Shown here piece after piece: positions 34,936 to 48,330 of a stretch of DNA of 51,087 nucleotides. A program made the position numbers and the translations under genes. A model generated the notes under the pieces. That model was not told the DNA's origin. It searched no databases and saw only the letters and a program-made list of their open reading frames with translations. Positions within the stretch are counted from its first letter, which is position 1. Each line of letters opens with the position of its first letter. The stretch spans positions 72,203,122-72,254,208 of the forward strand of contig NC_068983.1 in NCBI RefSeq assembly GCF_001194135.2, in the 5' to 3' direction. The DNA is from Octopus bimaculoides. Its lineage: Eukaryota.

Positions 34936-37437
34936 AAATGCTGTGGCATTTTTAATAGACTGATAGAGAATTATGTAATTTGATGTGATAGATATACTAG
35001 AGTAATTAGCACTGGTGGCATTTATGAAATAAAATTCATGGACTGTTTGTATGGCTCAGTGGATATATCGTTTATCTAGGTGAACTAATTAGTGCTGAAG
35101 GTAGATATAGTGATAGGTAAGAACGGAAGTTCTGAAAGCTGTTATACATGCAACTGTCTTAAAAGCAAAAGTCACAGCAGCTAATGTAGTCCTAGATAAA
35201 CTTGTCTACATAAAAAGACAAGATGGATATGCTCAGCAAAGACTGATCTAGGCCTAAATGATGATATACACAAAAATATATTCAATATATTCATAGGTGA
35301 AAATTCAATTGACCAATCAAGTTTCATAAGGATTATCTATAATATATCCCTACTGAATGTATCAAATGGCTTTATTCATTGAATGGACAGAGTGTAGGGA
35401 TTAATGTTCAGCTTCAGTCACTTCAGAAGTGTAAGGCACAGTATTGTCATTAAGAGGATAAGTCTATGAAGAAACCTCTATGCAGTCATTTAACTCAATT
35501 CACACCTTACCAACTTCAAAAAGAAAGGACATATTGAATAAATTAGTCCTGAAAATACCAAAAGATGGGTTGGGCACAACTGAAATTTTTGCTCAATTAG
35601 TGCAGATGTGTGACTAATTGACTCAGGTGGTTCACGATCAAAGCATTCTGACCATGACTATCACAACTTATTTCAGATAATATATGCAGGGCAACATTAT
35701 CTAATGTGTCCCTTTTTAAAGATTGTAGATCGAGCTACCACCTAGTGACACCTTCATTAATTTATAAGTTATATATCAGAAGTGGTTTGTGAAAGAGTTA
35801 CAACATAAACATGAGGGTTCCCAGTTTGATCCCACACCATGGCGTCCTTGTCAAGTGTCATTTACCTGAGTCATGAATTGATTCAATTCTTGTGAATGAA
35901 TAGGTAGACAGAACTGTGGAAGCTCCTTGGATGGATTGTATGTGTAATTCAAAGACCCAACCCTATCACACACTGTGTCATGCTGATTCTGCTTGAGGAT
36001 TATATTAAGGACAAATTGCCAATTCAACAAGAGGGTAGTTTAGTAAAATAACTGGAATACTGAGCAACTAAGCAACTATTAGGCAAGACTTACTATTGCA
36101 TAACAGTAAATATCATTTTCTTCTGCAATTATCATGGTATTTTAAACGGACATTAGACCACAAATTTTGATGGGAAGGGTATTTTCAATGTAAATTAGCC
36201 TAGAAAATGTCTGGTGCTTTATTTTATCACCTCACAAAGTGATACAAGGCAAAATCAATTTAGTGGTGATTTGAATCCCCTCAGGGAGATTCAGTGATTT
36301 GGTGGTGATTTGAATCACCACAGGGTGATTCAAAACTTTCTTTTGTATTCAAATGGTACTAATAATTTTTTTTTTTTTTTTTTACAATTTTCCTTTGAAT
36401 ATTTTTTGTTTTACACATACACACACACATTATTTTATATCTTTTAGAAAAAAATTATCATCAAAAAATAAGAAAATATTTATTGCCCTAAAATTAGCAC
36501 AATAAAACAGAAACATTGTTCAACAGTTCTAAGTACATCTAGCCTAACTATCTAGAGTGGTCCAGGGGGCTGGAAGCATGAACAGCAGGGCAGTAGACCA
36601 GCTGTCCTGGTATCCCTGAGCTGTAACAGAGTTAGAGAGGAGGAAAGCTGAGTCACACATTAAGAAACTCAACTGAGCTGCATTTGGCTTGTTTTTTTTT
36701 TGCTTATATTAATGCTGAAGGGCTTTTGAATCACTCAGCATAAACTTGAACAGATGAATTTTAAAGAATTTCTGTTTCCATACTACTGTTCTGTAACTGA
36801 AGTTACAACAGCCAGTAAATGTGTCCCTGATACTATTCAACAAGATATTGTTTCTAAAAGCAGAAACAATATTCCTTCATTGCTACTCAAATTCTATATT
36901 CTTCATAATTAGTGTTATTCAGTGTCTCTGAATTAACTGGAATAAATAATGTATTAATGTTATAGAAATATCAATATAGACTTGTTCATTTGTTTGATAA
37001 TTGTTAAAAATTTCAAAGAGAAATTGAAAAAAATGAGGGAAGAAAAAAATCAATCTTTTTTTATATTTTTATTATTATTTCTATCATTTTATCTATTAAA
37101 TCTCAACATAAGATTTATATAACATTTTGTTAGAGGAATTCTTATGTCATTGTAATTATCCAATAATTAATAAATGAATTAAAATTTTTGCAATTACATT
37201 TTACCAAGTTCTATAACTTGTGCTATAAAATAAAATTTTTTGAAAATAATTTCTTATAGATTACTAAAAAAAAAAATAATAAATAAATGTATCAATTTTA
37301 CATTATTTGTTTTCTATTTTAATTTGAACAATCTGACAAAAATTATCAAATTTTCTAGATCACTTGTGCATTTAAAATAGTACTGCAACAACAATTTTGA
37401 AAACGCTATTCGTTGTTTATGCTCCCTCCTTTTCACT

Positions 37438-37479
<42 letters not shown>

Positions 37480-37682
37480 TAGAGGGAGATGGTAAGAGGA
37501 AACACGGAGAAAAAGAGAGAGGGAAAGAGAAAGAAAATTTGATATTTCTTTATGTTAGACTGAGAAAACATTATATATGAATTTTGCCAAACATACAATA
37601 AGACAAAACAAGTATCATAACGAGTAAATATAGTAATATGTATTTACTTTTCATATAATCTATTTGTTTCTCTCTCTTTCCC

Positions 37683-37713
<31 letters not shown>

Positions 37714-38592
37714 GTGTGTGTGTGTGTGTGTGTGTATGTGTGTGTATATGTTTCCTGTTTGCACCACCAAACCTATACATATACACATAGAAACAGACAC
37801 ACGCACGCACACACACATGCATGCATACAATGTGTCTTTAAGTGAGTTATGTCACATTATTAGCAAATACATTTTTATGTATATTTATTTTGTTAATGTC
37901 GCAAAGACATTCTTTGCAAAATGGTTGCTACTCATTCCAAATATAATTGTAAGATTGTTGTTTAATTATTTATCTTTTTATCTTCTTTTTTTGTCAATGA
38001 TGCAGTTGTTTGTTTATTTACATACAAAATAATATACAAAAACACTTAAGAAATGACAGGCTAATGGAAGGAGGTTGTAAAAAAGAAGGAGACATTGGAA
38101 TAAATGAGCAAAACCAAGAAAGAATGAAGAAAGGGAAGAGAAAAGGAAGAAAGTAAGGAATATTGGAAGGTGATTGAGAAAAATGACAAATATGACCGAG
38201 TCAAGAACAAAAACAATAACATAAGATAAATAATAGCCAATGGCAAGAAGAAAAGAAAAGGTTAAAGTGAGGATGAGTAAATATAGAGTCAATGAGACAT
38301 TAACAAAATGGTTCAGAAACAAAACAAGAAAAAAAAAACAATATGACACAACAAACAAATGTGAAGAGTATGTATGTATTCTGGGAGGGGTGATGATAAA
38401 AAAGAAAAAAAAGATTACAGAAACGAAAAACAATGAGAGGAGAGGAAGGGTGTGGTGGGGAAGGTGAGCAAACATAGAAAAATTAGAGCATTATACTCTG
38501 AGACATTATCAATGCAACTCTGAGTGGAAATGGTTTTTGCATAAGCCTTAGAGGAAAACAGAATATAAAAAAGTAGTAGGCAGTGATTTTGT

Positions 38593-38653
<61 letters not shown>

Positions 38654-38761
38654 GTGTGTGTGTGTGCGTGTATTACTCTCTCTTTCTCTCTCTCTCTCTG
38701 TAATACCTATGCCATAAGTATCCCTTAGTCTTATAATAACTTTTATGTTATATATATCATC

Positions 38762-38960
38762 TTTTACTTGTTTCAGTCATTTGATTGAGCCATGTTGGAG
38801 CACTGCCTTAAAGGGTTTTACTTGAAGAAATCGACCCTAGGGTTTCTTCTTTGTAAGCCTAGTACTTATTCTATTGGTCTCTTTTGCCAAACCACTAAGT
38901 TATGGGGATGTAAATACATTTGCATCAGTTGTCAAACGATGGTGGAGGAACAAACACAGA
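38762..38960 (-). mobile_element. Interspersed repeat family C (SINE 3' part)
   Basis: ttttacttgtttcagtcatttgattgagccatgttggagcactgcc is shared with 48758-48915, 43155-43375 and 26270-26345. Confidence 0.75.
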
Positions 38961-39085
38961 CACAAAGACACACAAATATATACAAATACATATATATATA
39001 TATATATATATAAATAATACAGAATGGAACAAGAACGCAAAACATCCAGACAATTTTGGCTGGTTATTCTCGAATATATATTCTG

Positions 39086-39131
<46 letters not shown>

Positions 39132-39133
<2 letters not shown>

Positions 39134-39290
39134 CAGGATTCTTTCAGTTTCTGTCTACCAAATCCTCTCACAAGACTTTGGTTGGCCTGAGGCTATAGTA
39201 GAAGACACTTGCCCAAGGTGTCACACAGTGGGACTGAACCTGGAACCATGTGGTTGGGAAGCAAGCTTCTTACCACACAGCCACACCTAT
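39132..39290 (-). mobile_element. SINE family A, well preserved
   Basis: Reverse complement ggtgtggctgtgtggtaagaagcttgcttcccaaccacatggttccaggttcagtcccactg... with A/B boxes and a (TA)n tail. Confidence 0.85.
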
Positions 39291-39308
39291 ACATATAATA
39301 TATATAAA

Positions 39309-39438
39309 ACAGGCTTCTTTCAGTTTCTGTCTATCAAATCCATTCACAAGGCTTTGGTCAGCTTGAAACTATGGTAGAAATCACTTGCCCAAGATTCCGC
39401 ACAGTGGTTGGGAAGCAAACTTCTTACAACACAACCAC
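39309..39438 (-). mobile_element. SINE family A with 22-nt B-box deletion
   Basis: Aligns to 39132-39290 except for loss of gactgaacctggaaccatgtgg. Confidence 0.8.
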
Positions 39439-40123
39439 ATTAATATATATTGTGTATGTATGTATATATAAATATATATATACATACATGCACACATCAT
39501 ACCAAAAGTATTCTTTTTTTATTATACATTTATACAGTGAGCATATTAACATAAATTCATATAATATAGAATATATGTGTGCACACGTGTACGCACACAC
39601 ACACACACACACACACACGCACGTACGCACAACAATAATAATTAGCATTTTTACTGATTATCATAACTGATTTGGTTTGATCACAGTGAAGTGGTTGAAT
39701 TTGTTGCAACATTGTTTCATGAATAATACCAGCCAACATTACAGATGTTTCTAATTTAGCTTCATGCTTTTCATTTGTGTAATACATTTTGTCTATCAAT
39801 GATTGCCTATAAACTGTATTTTTACATAGTTTTATTTCTTAAGAATGCATTAGCAACAAGAAATCCCTTACATAACTATACTATTTAATTTGATAACAAT
39901 GATTTAACGTAATAACAATTGCTACATAATATCTGAATATGAGCTTTTTATAAGTTTGTTCCAATATATTCTGAATCAATTTACAAACCAGCTGCCTCTG
40001 GTTCAGGACTCAATTTTGCTTTAAATCTGAAGTAAAATTTACTGCAGTCCTTTGTTAAAAAGATACCTGCTTGTAGTTGTTTCTGATAAACATTGCAAAA
40101 TTAAAAAGAAATAATAATAATAA

Positions 40124-40158
<35 letters not shown>

Positions 40159-42010
40159 AATTCAATGGAAAAAATAAGTTTGAGATTCTATTTAAATAGG
40201 GAACAATATGAAAATATTTGTCTTCAGAAATTTTTCTCACTTTCTCTTGATTGATTACTTCTCACTAAATGGCTGTTAATTAAATATTTTCAAGCTAAAT
40301 TCAAAATTCAAAATTAAATAAAAAAATATACCTAAATTCCAAAGGAAACAAAAATATTATCTTTATACATGAGTAACGATAATATGATTTTTCATAATAA
40401 AAAGAATACCCCAGTAATGAATCAATGAGTAGTTTGATTATGCAACTTGACAAAGGAAACATTTATTTTACATTATATGTGTTGCAACAACTAAACTGAA
40501 GAAAACATGAAGAATTAGTTAAGAAACAAAACTAAACTTGCAGTTACAATCAGCTGGTGGTAGCAAATATTGGTGAATGAAAACATGCTGAAATAAATAA
40601 AAGTTTTACCAGATGCCTTCTGGCACTAATATGTTATTTGTATTTAATCATTATCTGTGCAGCTTTGCTTGTAGTGGAATACTCTAAAAAAAGTTAAGAA
40701 CTAGCTTGTTAATTTATATCATTAATGAATTGGTGAGCAAATGTAATTAATTATCAACAATGTAACCAAGTAACAATGATGTTAAGTTTTGCCAATATAA
40801 CATGAAGACATGGCTATAAAATCTACAACATTCACAACATTTCTTTATGGTTAAGACAAGTTACCTATAGAATGGAAATGTGAAATGAGAGAGGGGAGAG
40901 AAGGAAAATACTGGAGATGAGGTATTGTTAATCTGAGAGGATGTTATCCATTGAGGATTGCAGTTCATTCTTTACCATTTACGTAGGCTGGATTAAAATG
41001 AAATCAATGTGCCATTCTATTCACTCTGATCAATAGGTGTCTAATTGAGAGTTCTTATCTTATTTCTTACACACAACACACATTCCTGAATTTATGATCT
41101 GTGTGTCAGCTATTTCTACAGATCCACTCCCCCAACAATTAATCTATCAGCATTTTATATAGTTCATGCAGCTGCAATAAAGTAAGTCAGTTGTTTGACT
41201 TCTCATTAACAGATTTGGCATTGTATCTTACTGCTGTATTATTTTCAGAGAGATAACAATAAACATTGTTACTCCCATGCCTTACTCTAAGGCATTAATA
41301 ATATAACTAAAGCAAAATAGCAAGAACTTTGAAATAACTGAAACAGTGGTTGTGGAGATGACTTGTCAAGAGTTTATTTTATTCTTTGATGTTTGCACAT
41401 ACTATCAACAATTACAATGGCTGTTGTAAGAATATAGTTTAATGTAGAATCCTAGGAAAGATGCATTCACATAAAAAGCTATATTGTGAACAGCTACTAT
41501 GGTGAGCATTCCAGAGAGGTAGATGAGCTGCCAGTGAACAAAATTTGTGACTTGGTTTCAAAATTGGGTATAGGTTTTTCATTTCATTTATGTCACTGCT
41601 ACCTCCAGAACCACATGAAAGTCACAACTTTTTACAGTAAATAGAACTGATATTATGAAATACCAAAACACACATAAAATGCTGCAATCTTCAAGTAGTA
41701 CTCTAGAAACTGAATTAATTCAGGATTAGTTCCAGAAAATCATCATTTAAGTGATTTCAGTACTGTCTATTAACATGTATGTATTTTATATCAATGAAAA
41801 GAGTTCTGCATTGATTTGATAAGCTTAGACGCTATGGGAAAAGAGGTATCTTATATTATGTCTGAGAAAAAATGAAATTAATTTTCAGATAAAGAATTTG
41901 TCTCAAAAACACCAGATTATTCTTGTTCCAATATCATTCAAACATATCCAAACTCATGAAATTCATTGTACAATTTTTATTGATATAAATCACTATTAGT
42001 TTCAGCAAAT

Positions 42011-42053
<43 letters not shown>

Positions 42054-42054
42054 G

Positions 42055-42110
<56 letters not shown>

Positions 42111-42227
42111 CAGTAATTATGCTTTTACTTTTCAGTGACATATACACTGGTTTCAAGCAGTAATTGGAACCTTTATCACAAAGTTGACAGGTGTAAGTAA
42201 TGAAGTTATGACATTTAGTTATCATTA

Positions 42228-43036
42228 NNNNNNNNNNNNNNNNNNNNNNNNNNNNNNNNNNNNNNNNNNNNNNNNNNNNNNNNNNNNNNNNNNNNNNNNN
42301 NNNNNNNNNNNNNNNNNNNNNNNNNNNNNNNNNNNNNNNNNNNNNNNNNNNNNNNNNNNNNNNNNNNNNNNNNNNNNNNNNNNNNNNNNNNNNNNNNNNN
42401 NNNNNNNNNNNNNNNNNNNNNNNNNNNNNNNNNNNNNNNNNNNNNNNNNNNNNNNNNNNNNNNNNNNNNNNNNNNNNNNNNNNNNNNNNNNNNNNNNNNN
42501 NNNNNNNNNNNNNNNNNNNNNNNNNNNNNNNNNNNNNNNNNNNNNNNNNNNNNNNNNNNNNNNNNNNNNNNNNNNNNNNNNNNNNNNNNNNNNNNNNNNN
42601 NNNNNNNNNNNNNNNNNNNNNNNNNNNNNNNNNNNNNNNNNNNNNNNNNNNNNNNNNNNNNNNNNNNNNNNNNNNNNNNNNNNNNNNNNNNNNNNNNNNN
42701 NNNNNNNNNNNNNNNNNNNNNNNNNNNNNNNNNNNNNNNNNNNNNNNNNNNNNNNNNNNNNNNNNNNNNNNNNNNNNNNNNNNNNNNNNNNNNNNNNNNN
42801 NNNNNNNNNNNNNNNNNNNNNNNNNNNNNNNNNNNNNNNNNNNNNNNNNNNNNNNNNNNNNNNNNNNNNNNNNNNNNNNNNNNNNNNNNNNNNNNNNNNN
42901 NNNNNNNNNNNNNNNNNNNNNNNNNNNNNNNNNNNNNNNNNNNNNNNNNNNNNNNNNNNNNNNNNNNNNNNNNNNNNNNNNNNNNNNNNNNNNNNNNNNN
43001 NNNNNNNNNNNNNNNNNNNNNNNNNNNNNNNNNNNN
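42228..43036. other. Assembly gap (809 N)
   Basis: Directly visible, followed by (TA)n. Confidence 0.95.
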
Positions 43037-43072
<36 letters not shown>

Positions 43073-43154
43073 AAGCAATGATGAGGAATAAATAAATATT
43101 AGATTTGTCATAATATGTCACAAACGTATTTTAACTGAACTAAAGTTCATAGGT

Positions 43155-43375
43155 ATATATATAGTGTGTGTGTGTGCCAACTACTGCTTGACAACCAATG
43201 TTGGTTTGTATACATTCCCCATAACTTAACAGTCCAGCAAAAGAGGTCCGAAGAATAAGAAACAAACTTTGAAAAAACAAGCACTGGGGTTGATTTATTC
43301 TACTTAAACTCTATAAGGCAGTGTCCCAGTATGGCAACAGTCCAATGACTGAAACAGGTAAAAGATAAAAAATAA
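43155..43375 (+). mobile_element. Interspersed repeat family C
   Basis: Inverse orientation of the 38762-38960 family, ending gactgaaacaggtaaaagataaaa. Confidence 0.65.
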
Positions 43376-44147
43376 TAAAAGATATATCCAAAGCTAAAAT
43401 AAGATTTTAAACTACAAGTCTTCTCATTCAGTAGATAAGATTTACTCATAAATCAGGTGAGAGTAAGGAAATTATTCAATTATTTAATTGTCAAGCAAAA
43501 GTGATCAAACAGAAGTTAATTGTTGTTCAAAATTTAATGTGACTTACTTTAATTGTCCATACTTGACCTCTAATAATTGGGAAGAAATAGTTGCACTGAA
43601 GTTTTCAGTCAGGCTGAACATCTATCTTTCATGATAGCTAAGTCAGTAAGGCAAATAGCTAAGAGGTTAGACATTTTGTATCTCACCATCACCACTGCAT
43701 TGTGTCCATCACCAAGACAATTTTAAAACAATCGAGTTTAATGAGCTTAGTTCTGTAGAGAACAGTAACACTGCTATATGGACAAATGTTGAAAACTTGA
43801 ATTAGGGCTAACAGAGAAGACCTTTGACCAAAGACATTCCAGCTATAATCATCTTGTCTTTTTGTCAGATATAGTGTATCTAGGCTAATAGATCTGGAGA
43901 TCTTCATAATCTAATGGGTTCTTCCTTTTCTTTAGACATTACAATGTAATTTGAGGAACATTTACTTACTATTTCAAACAGACTGAGTGATCATATAGAG
44001 TTTTCTATTTTTGTTCTGCAAATGGTTAGTTAGTTTGTAATACTGAATTCAACTCCATCTCTGAGTGTAGCATGGATAGGGATATTCTCTACCAAGCTGA
44101 ATTCTGCCAAGCCATGTATGTGCATATATATATATATATATATCATG

Positions 44148-44627
44148 ATGACTACTGACCGAGACCTTTGGAAATGTGCTGTGCGTGAGAAGACCCGGCA
44201 AGCCAAGTAAGATCGTTGCCAGTGCCCCTGGACTGGCTCTTGTGCGGGTGGCACATAAGATGCACCATTTTGAGCGTGGCCGTTGCCAGTACCGCCTGAC
44301 TGGCTTCCGTAGGATTTTCGAGCGAGATCGTTGCCAGTGCCCCTGGACTGGCTTGTGCGGGTGGCACATAAAAGACACCATTTTGAGCGTGGCCGTTGCC
44401 AGTATCGCCTGACTGGCCTTCGTGCAGGTGACACGTAAAAGCACCTACTACACTCTGAGTGGTTGGAGTTAGGAAGGGCATCCAGCTGTAGAAACTCTGC
44501 CAAATTTAGATTGGAGCCTGGTGTTGCCATCCGGTTTCACCAGTCCTCAGTCAAGTCGTCCAACCCATGCTAGCATGGAAAGCGGACATTAAACGATGAT
44601 GATGATGAGGAGGAGGAGGAGGAGGAA
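44148..44627 (+). mobile_element. 5'-truncated RTE LINE: last ORF2 codons plus a complete modular 3' UTR
   Basis: 44148-44210 reads MTTDRDLWKCAVREKTRQAK* (RTE-like DR..W end). The 3' UTR has a 115-nt-period duplication and a (gat)n(gag)n tail, and is CpG-rich relative to background. Confidence 0.87.
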
Positions 44628-44689
44628 ATCTTCAAAAGTGCACCAATAAAATTAATCAATGGGTTGTGGGAGAACAGAAATATAAAAAA

Positions 44690-44920
44690 AAACTCATAAG
44701 TGATAAAGCAAAATGCTTCAGACTAGATGCCCACTAAGTCTTCTATAGACAAATTGAATAAGCAACAGAAGTACATCAATATTACAGTTTAAAATGACAA
44801 CCATGGAAAACAACCTAACAAAGTGGCACAAAATCATGAGATTGGCCAAAACCAATACTATGGATTTAGTTAATCAAAATTGAAAAGAACTATGAAACAT
44901 GTGGAATCTAACATGTCAAG
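44690..44920 (+). mobile_element. Degenerate R4/Dong LINE fragment (pre-RT region)
   Basis: Peptide FRLDAH*VFYRQIE*ATEV..PW..LWI..IEKNY loosely follows R4 F.T..K.FYR.....EV...FW..W. Confidence 0.3.
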
Positions 44921-46659
44921 TAAGCATTCTGTTAAAAGTTTCTTCAAAATTTCTGAAAACTAAAAACTAAAATTTGCCCCATTTTATAAGCTTATTAGTT
45001 CTCTGGACACATAAAAATATCATTAAATGTAAGTGATGTATTTAGAATCAAACACATACTACTGAACATTAAAATAGTAAATTACCTGGAGACAATTTTC
45101 TTATGGTTAACATGTAGTATGCCCCTATTGTCAGTAAAAAAACAATATAGGCTATGCAATCTACTGATATAAGCATATACCAAACCTATAAACTTTGTTT
45201 CAACTCTGAATGCATGTAATGGCTTCCAGTATGTTCTTAATACAATAATAATATGAATGATATGAAAATAATACCATCCATTCATATTAAATTTACCAGC
45301 CAGAGAAAGAAAATAAAAGAAAAATTATATCATCATATTAAAGATATACTATAACCTGAAGATATTCTCTAATTTATCTGAAATTTATCTGCAATTCATT
45401 ATGAAACACAAAGAAAGAGAACCCCACTGTTCTTGTTTTCAGGAAAAGAATAGACAGACAATTGCTAATGTAGGATGGGGAAGAAGAATTATAACACGAC
45501 TTTCTGAAAAGAATAAATATTTACTATAAGCAAATAAGAAGAAAAAAATGCTTTACTTTGTATGCAAATAAAAAATGTATCAGTAAACAAATGTGTATAA
45601 ATATACACCTACACACACACACACCTATGCATGCACATACACACACACATATATATACATACAAATACGCAAATGAATATTCTGTTAATGTATATTTCAA
45701 GTAGCACTATGGCAAACCAAAAGATAATATTACTTAACATATCATATAAAGATTCATTGAATAACATGTAATTTACACATGAACAATAGCTATTGTTTTG
45801 TATAAGGAATAACAGAGTGTTGCAACTCCTTTGTTTTTCTGCTCATTTTTTTTGCTTTTAACTTGAACTTACTGTATTACACAAAAAAAAAAGCCTTCCC
45901 CCTACCCCATTCAATAATCAATATGAGAAAATTCTTGCTTATCTTCCCTTGAAGGCGGAAAATAATAATGTCATAGCAAACTTCATTTTGGTTCAATGAG
46001 AAGAGAAACTAATAAGAAATGTCAGTCCAACTGTGACAAAACACAGCCTGCAAGAAATTTTCTTGCCAAATTTCTTTCTAGCTAGTGCCAAATTGACAAA
46101 TAACAATGCAGTTAGGTTTCTTTTTTTTTTCTATATTTTAGCAAAAGACAATTTCATAACATGCACATGAGCACACACATATAATCCATGCATACATAAA
46201 GATACTTTCATATGCCACTTATTATAATCTCAGATAATGCTATTAAATGGTTATTGCTATAAAAAATAGTTGTCTCAAACTCTATACTTAAAATGAATTA
46301 AAAAGTATCTGTTTATTGGAATCAAAGCTGTGCATGTTATCAAAATGTTTAAGCTGCTACAGAACCACTATCTTGCTTAAAATCACTACAGAGATCAAAG
46401 CAAAAGCATGTTTGCTATGGAGACATGACAGCTGTATGATTATGGTCATAGATGGCTGTTAAGGTAGTGAAAATTGTGATAGAATTGTATGTTGGTGCTG
46501 GGGATAGAGCTATAGGTGTGTTAAGTTGGTCGGTGTGGCTGGAAGTAACTGGTGTGTTAAGTTGGCAGGTGCTGATGAATCAAAGCTCTGGATATTAGTC
46601 ACTAAATTTATAAGTAAATTGTATTCACTTATCACCTATATTAAGATGTCATGCACAAG

Positions 46660-46790
46660 TGTGGCTAGGCAAAGGTATGCTATGTAGTAAGAAGTTTGCT
46701 TCCCAACCTAATGGTTCAGCATTCAGTCTCACTGTGATGCACTTTGGGCAAGTGTCTTCTATTATAGCCATAGGCCAACCAAGACCTTAT
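46660..46790 (+). mobile_element. SINE family A
   Basis: gtagtaagaagtttgcttcccaacctaatggttcagcattcagtctcactg...ttgggcaagtgtcttctattatagcc. Confidence 0.75.
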
Positions 46791-47799
46791 GACTGATACA
46801 AATAAAAGGTAAAAGATATTTAATTTCATCAATAATCTCTGAGGAAGACTGAGATAAGAGCCAGGAAGAAAGTGTCATAGTCTTATTTCTCCCATTGAAT
46901 ATGTGAGAGAGCCCTAGCCACAAAATAGTGATTTACTTTTATCATCATGATGACTGATAAAGAAAGAAATATAAACATTTATCTCAACAAAAAATAATTA
47001 ATAAATAAATAAACAAAAATATTGTTGGTTCTATGGTAAGTTACCAAAAAATGCTACTGTTCATTTAGAATTTTCAAAAACACTGCTGTGGAACATTGTA
47101 AAAATAGGGGTATCTGATATTGGAAAATCAGTACTTATTAATGAGAATATGGATTGTAAGAGAGTACAATCTGGTAAAAATAGCCAACTTGAGTCGACAT
47201 GGAATGCTGATGCATCAAAAATCAAATCACTTTGCAAAGGAAATAGGGCAAGAAAATTTCACACAAACTGATGGATGATTTAAGAGATAGAAAAGGCAAG
47301 AGAGTATTGTGGTGAAAAGTGTTAAAGGTGAAGAAAACAATGCCATTTTTGTTGATTTTTCTTTTTTCATCCCACTTTGTAAAGCAATTGGCATCAGGAA
47401 GGGTATCCAGCCATAGAGACTATACCACTACAGAAACTATGCCAAAACAGATATTGGAGCTCAATGCAGTTCTCTGGCTTGTTGATCCTATTAAACCAAC
47501 CAACCTTACTCAACATGGAAGACAGATATTAAATGCTAGCACACACATGCATACATACATAACTATATATGTATACATACATATACATATATACACATAT
47601 ATATGCATGTGTGTATTATATATACACATATATATATATATATGTATATATCATCATCATCATTTAACATCTGTTTTCTTTGTGGCATACATACACACAT
47701 ATAATGCATGTTTATAAAACATTAGCATTTCTTTATGTCTCAGTCAAGTGGGCTAGAAAATAAACATTAGTCACACTTCATGACAAAATTATGTGAATC

Positions 47800-48330
47800 T
47801 AAATTCAATGTCCATTTCTCATGCTTGTATAAGTTGAGGTAGTTTGTGGGATAGCTTCTCTCCCACCACCCTCTCTCTTTCTTACCACATTTTTATGAGG
47901 ACTAACGCTGTCAGATCATTTATAATTATCTTTCCCTAGCCATCAAGTTGCCCAGAATATTCTTCAATTCAATTCGCATCATTCATTTTTTGCTTGTCTT
48001 AACCAGTAATCTTTAACATCTTAGATACTTGTTTGGAGTGTTTGCTGTCTTGTCACTCAAATTTTCCTAACATGTCTGCTGGCCACTTAGCCATTGCAAA
48101 TGATACTGGTATTCAGTTTTTCATGTTCATAATGTTAATTTCCGCTGACATACAGTATCGTATTCTTGACACGTACATCATGCAAACCGTTCTCTATACA
48201 GCATGAAAAAAAAAAAAAGAACAATTTTTAGAGAGTTCAAACTAAACCACTAAGCCATTTCTTTTTGTTACTCTTGTCATTGATTAGGTTACCAAGATAC
48301 CAACACTTATCAACTACTTTCCATGAACAA
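47800..48330 (-). mobile_element. Degenerate RTE LINE 3' fragment
   Basis: The reverse strand has YLGNLI.. and a gaacggtttgcatgatgtacgtgtcaagaatacgatactgtatgtcagcgg segment matching GRLYDACVR..MLYGSE. Confidence 0.5.

Noticed and set aside
36845-36872. Perfect 11-bp hairpin atattgtttct-aaaagc-agaaacaatat
   Set aside because: An AT-rich stem of this length can plausibly arise by chance in 51 kb, and it is too short for a pre-miRNA.
38014-38475. 153-aa hydrophobic ORF resembling a membrane protein
   Set aside because: It reflects the T-rich composition of the minus strand, has no family motif and is low complexity.
44030-44530. Four overlapping ORFs (78-166 aa) with internal repeats
   Set aside because: They are by-products of the GC-rich, tandemly duplicated RTE 3' UTR.
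45086-45124. 39-nt minus-strand micro-exon candidate (..ctgacaatag| ... cag|gtaatt)
   Set aside because: It has a stop in the phase needed for TULP4, the putative branch point is too close to the AG, and there is no homology.
46515-46565. 15-nt direct repeat ggtgtgttaagttgg with a 21-nt spacer (CRISPR-like spacing)
   Set aside because: Only two copies, in eukaryotic DNA with no cas genes; a local duplication.
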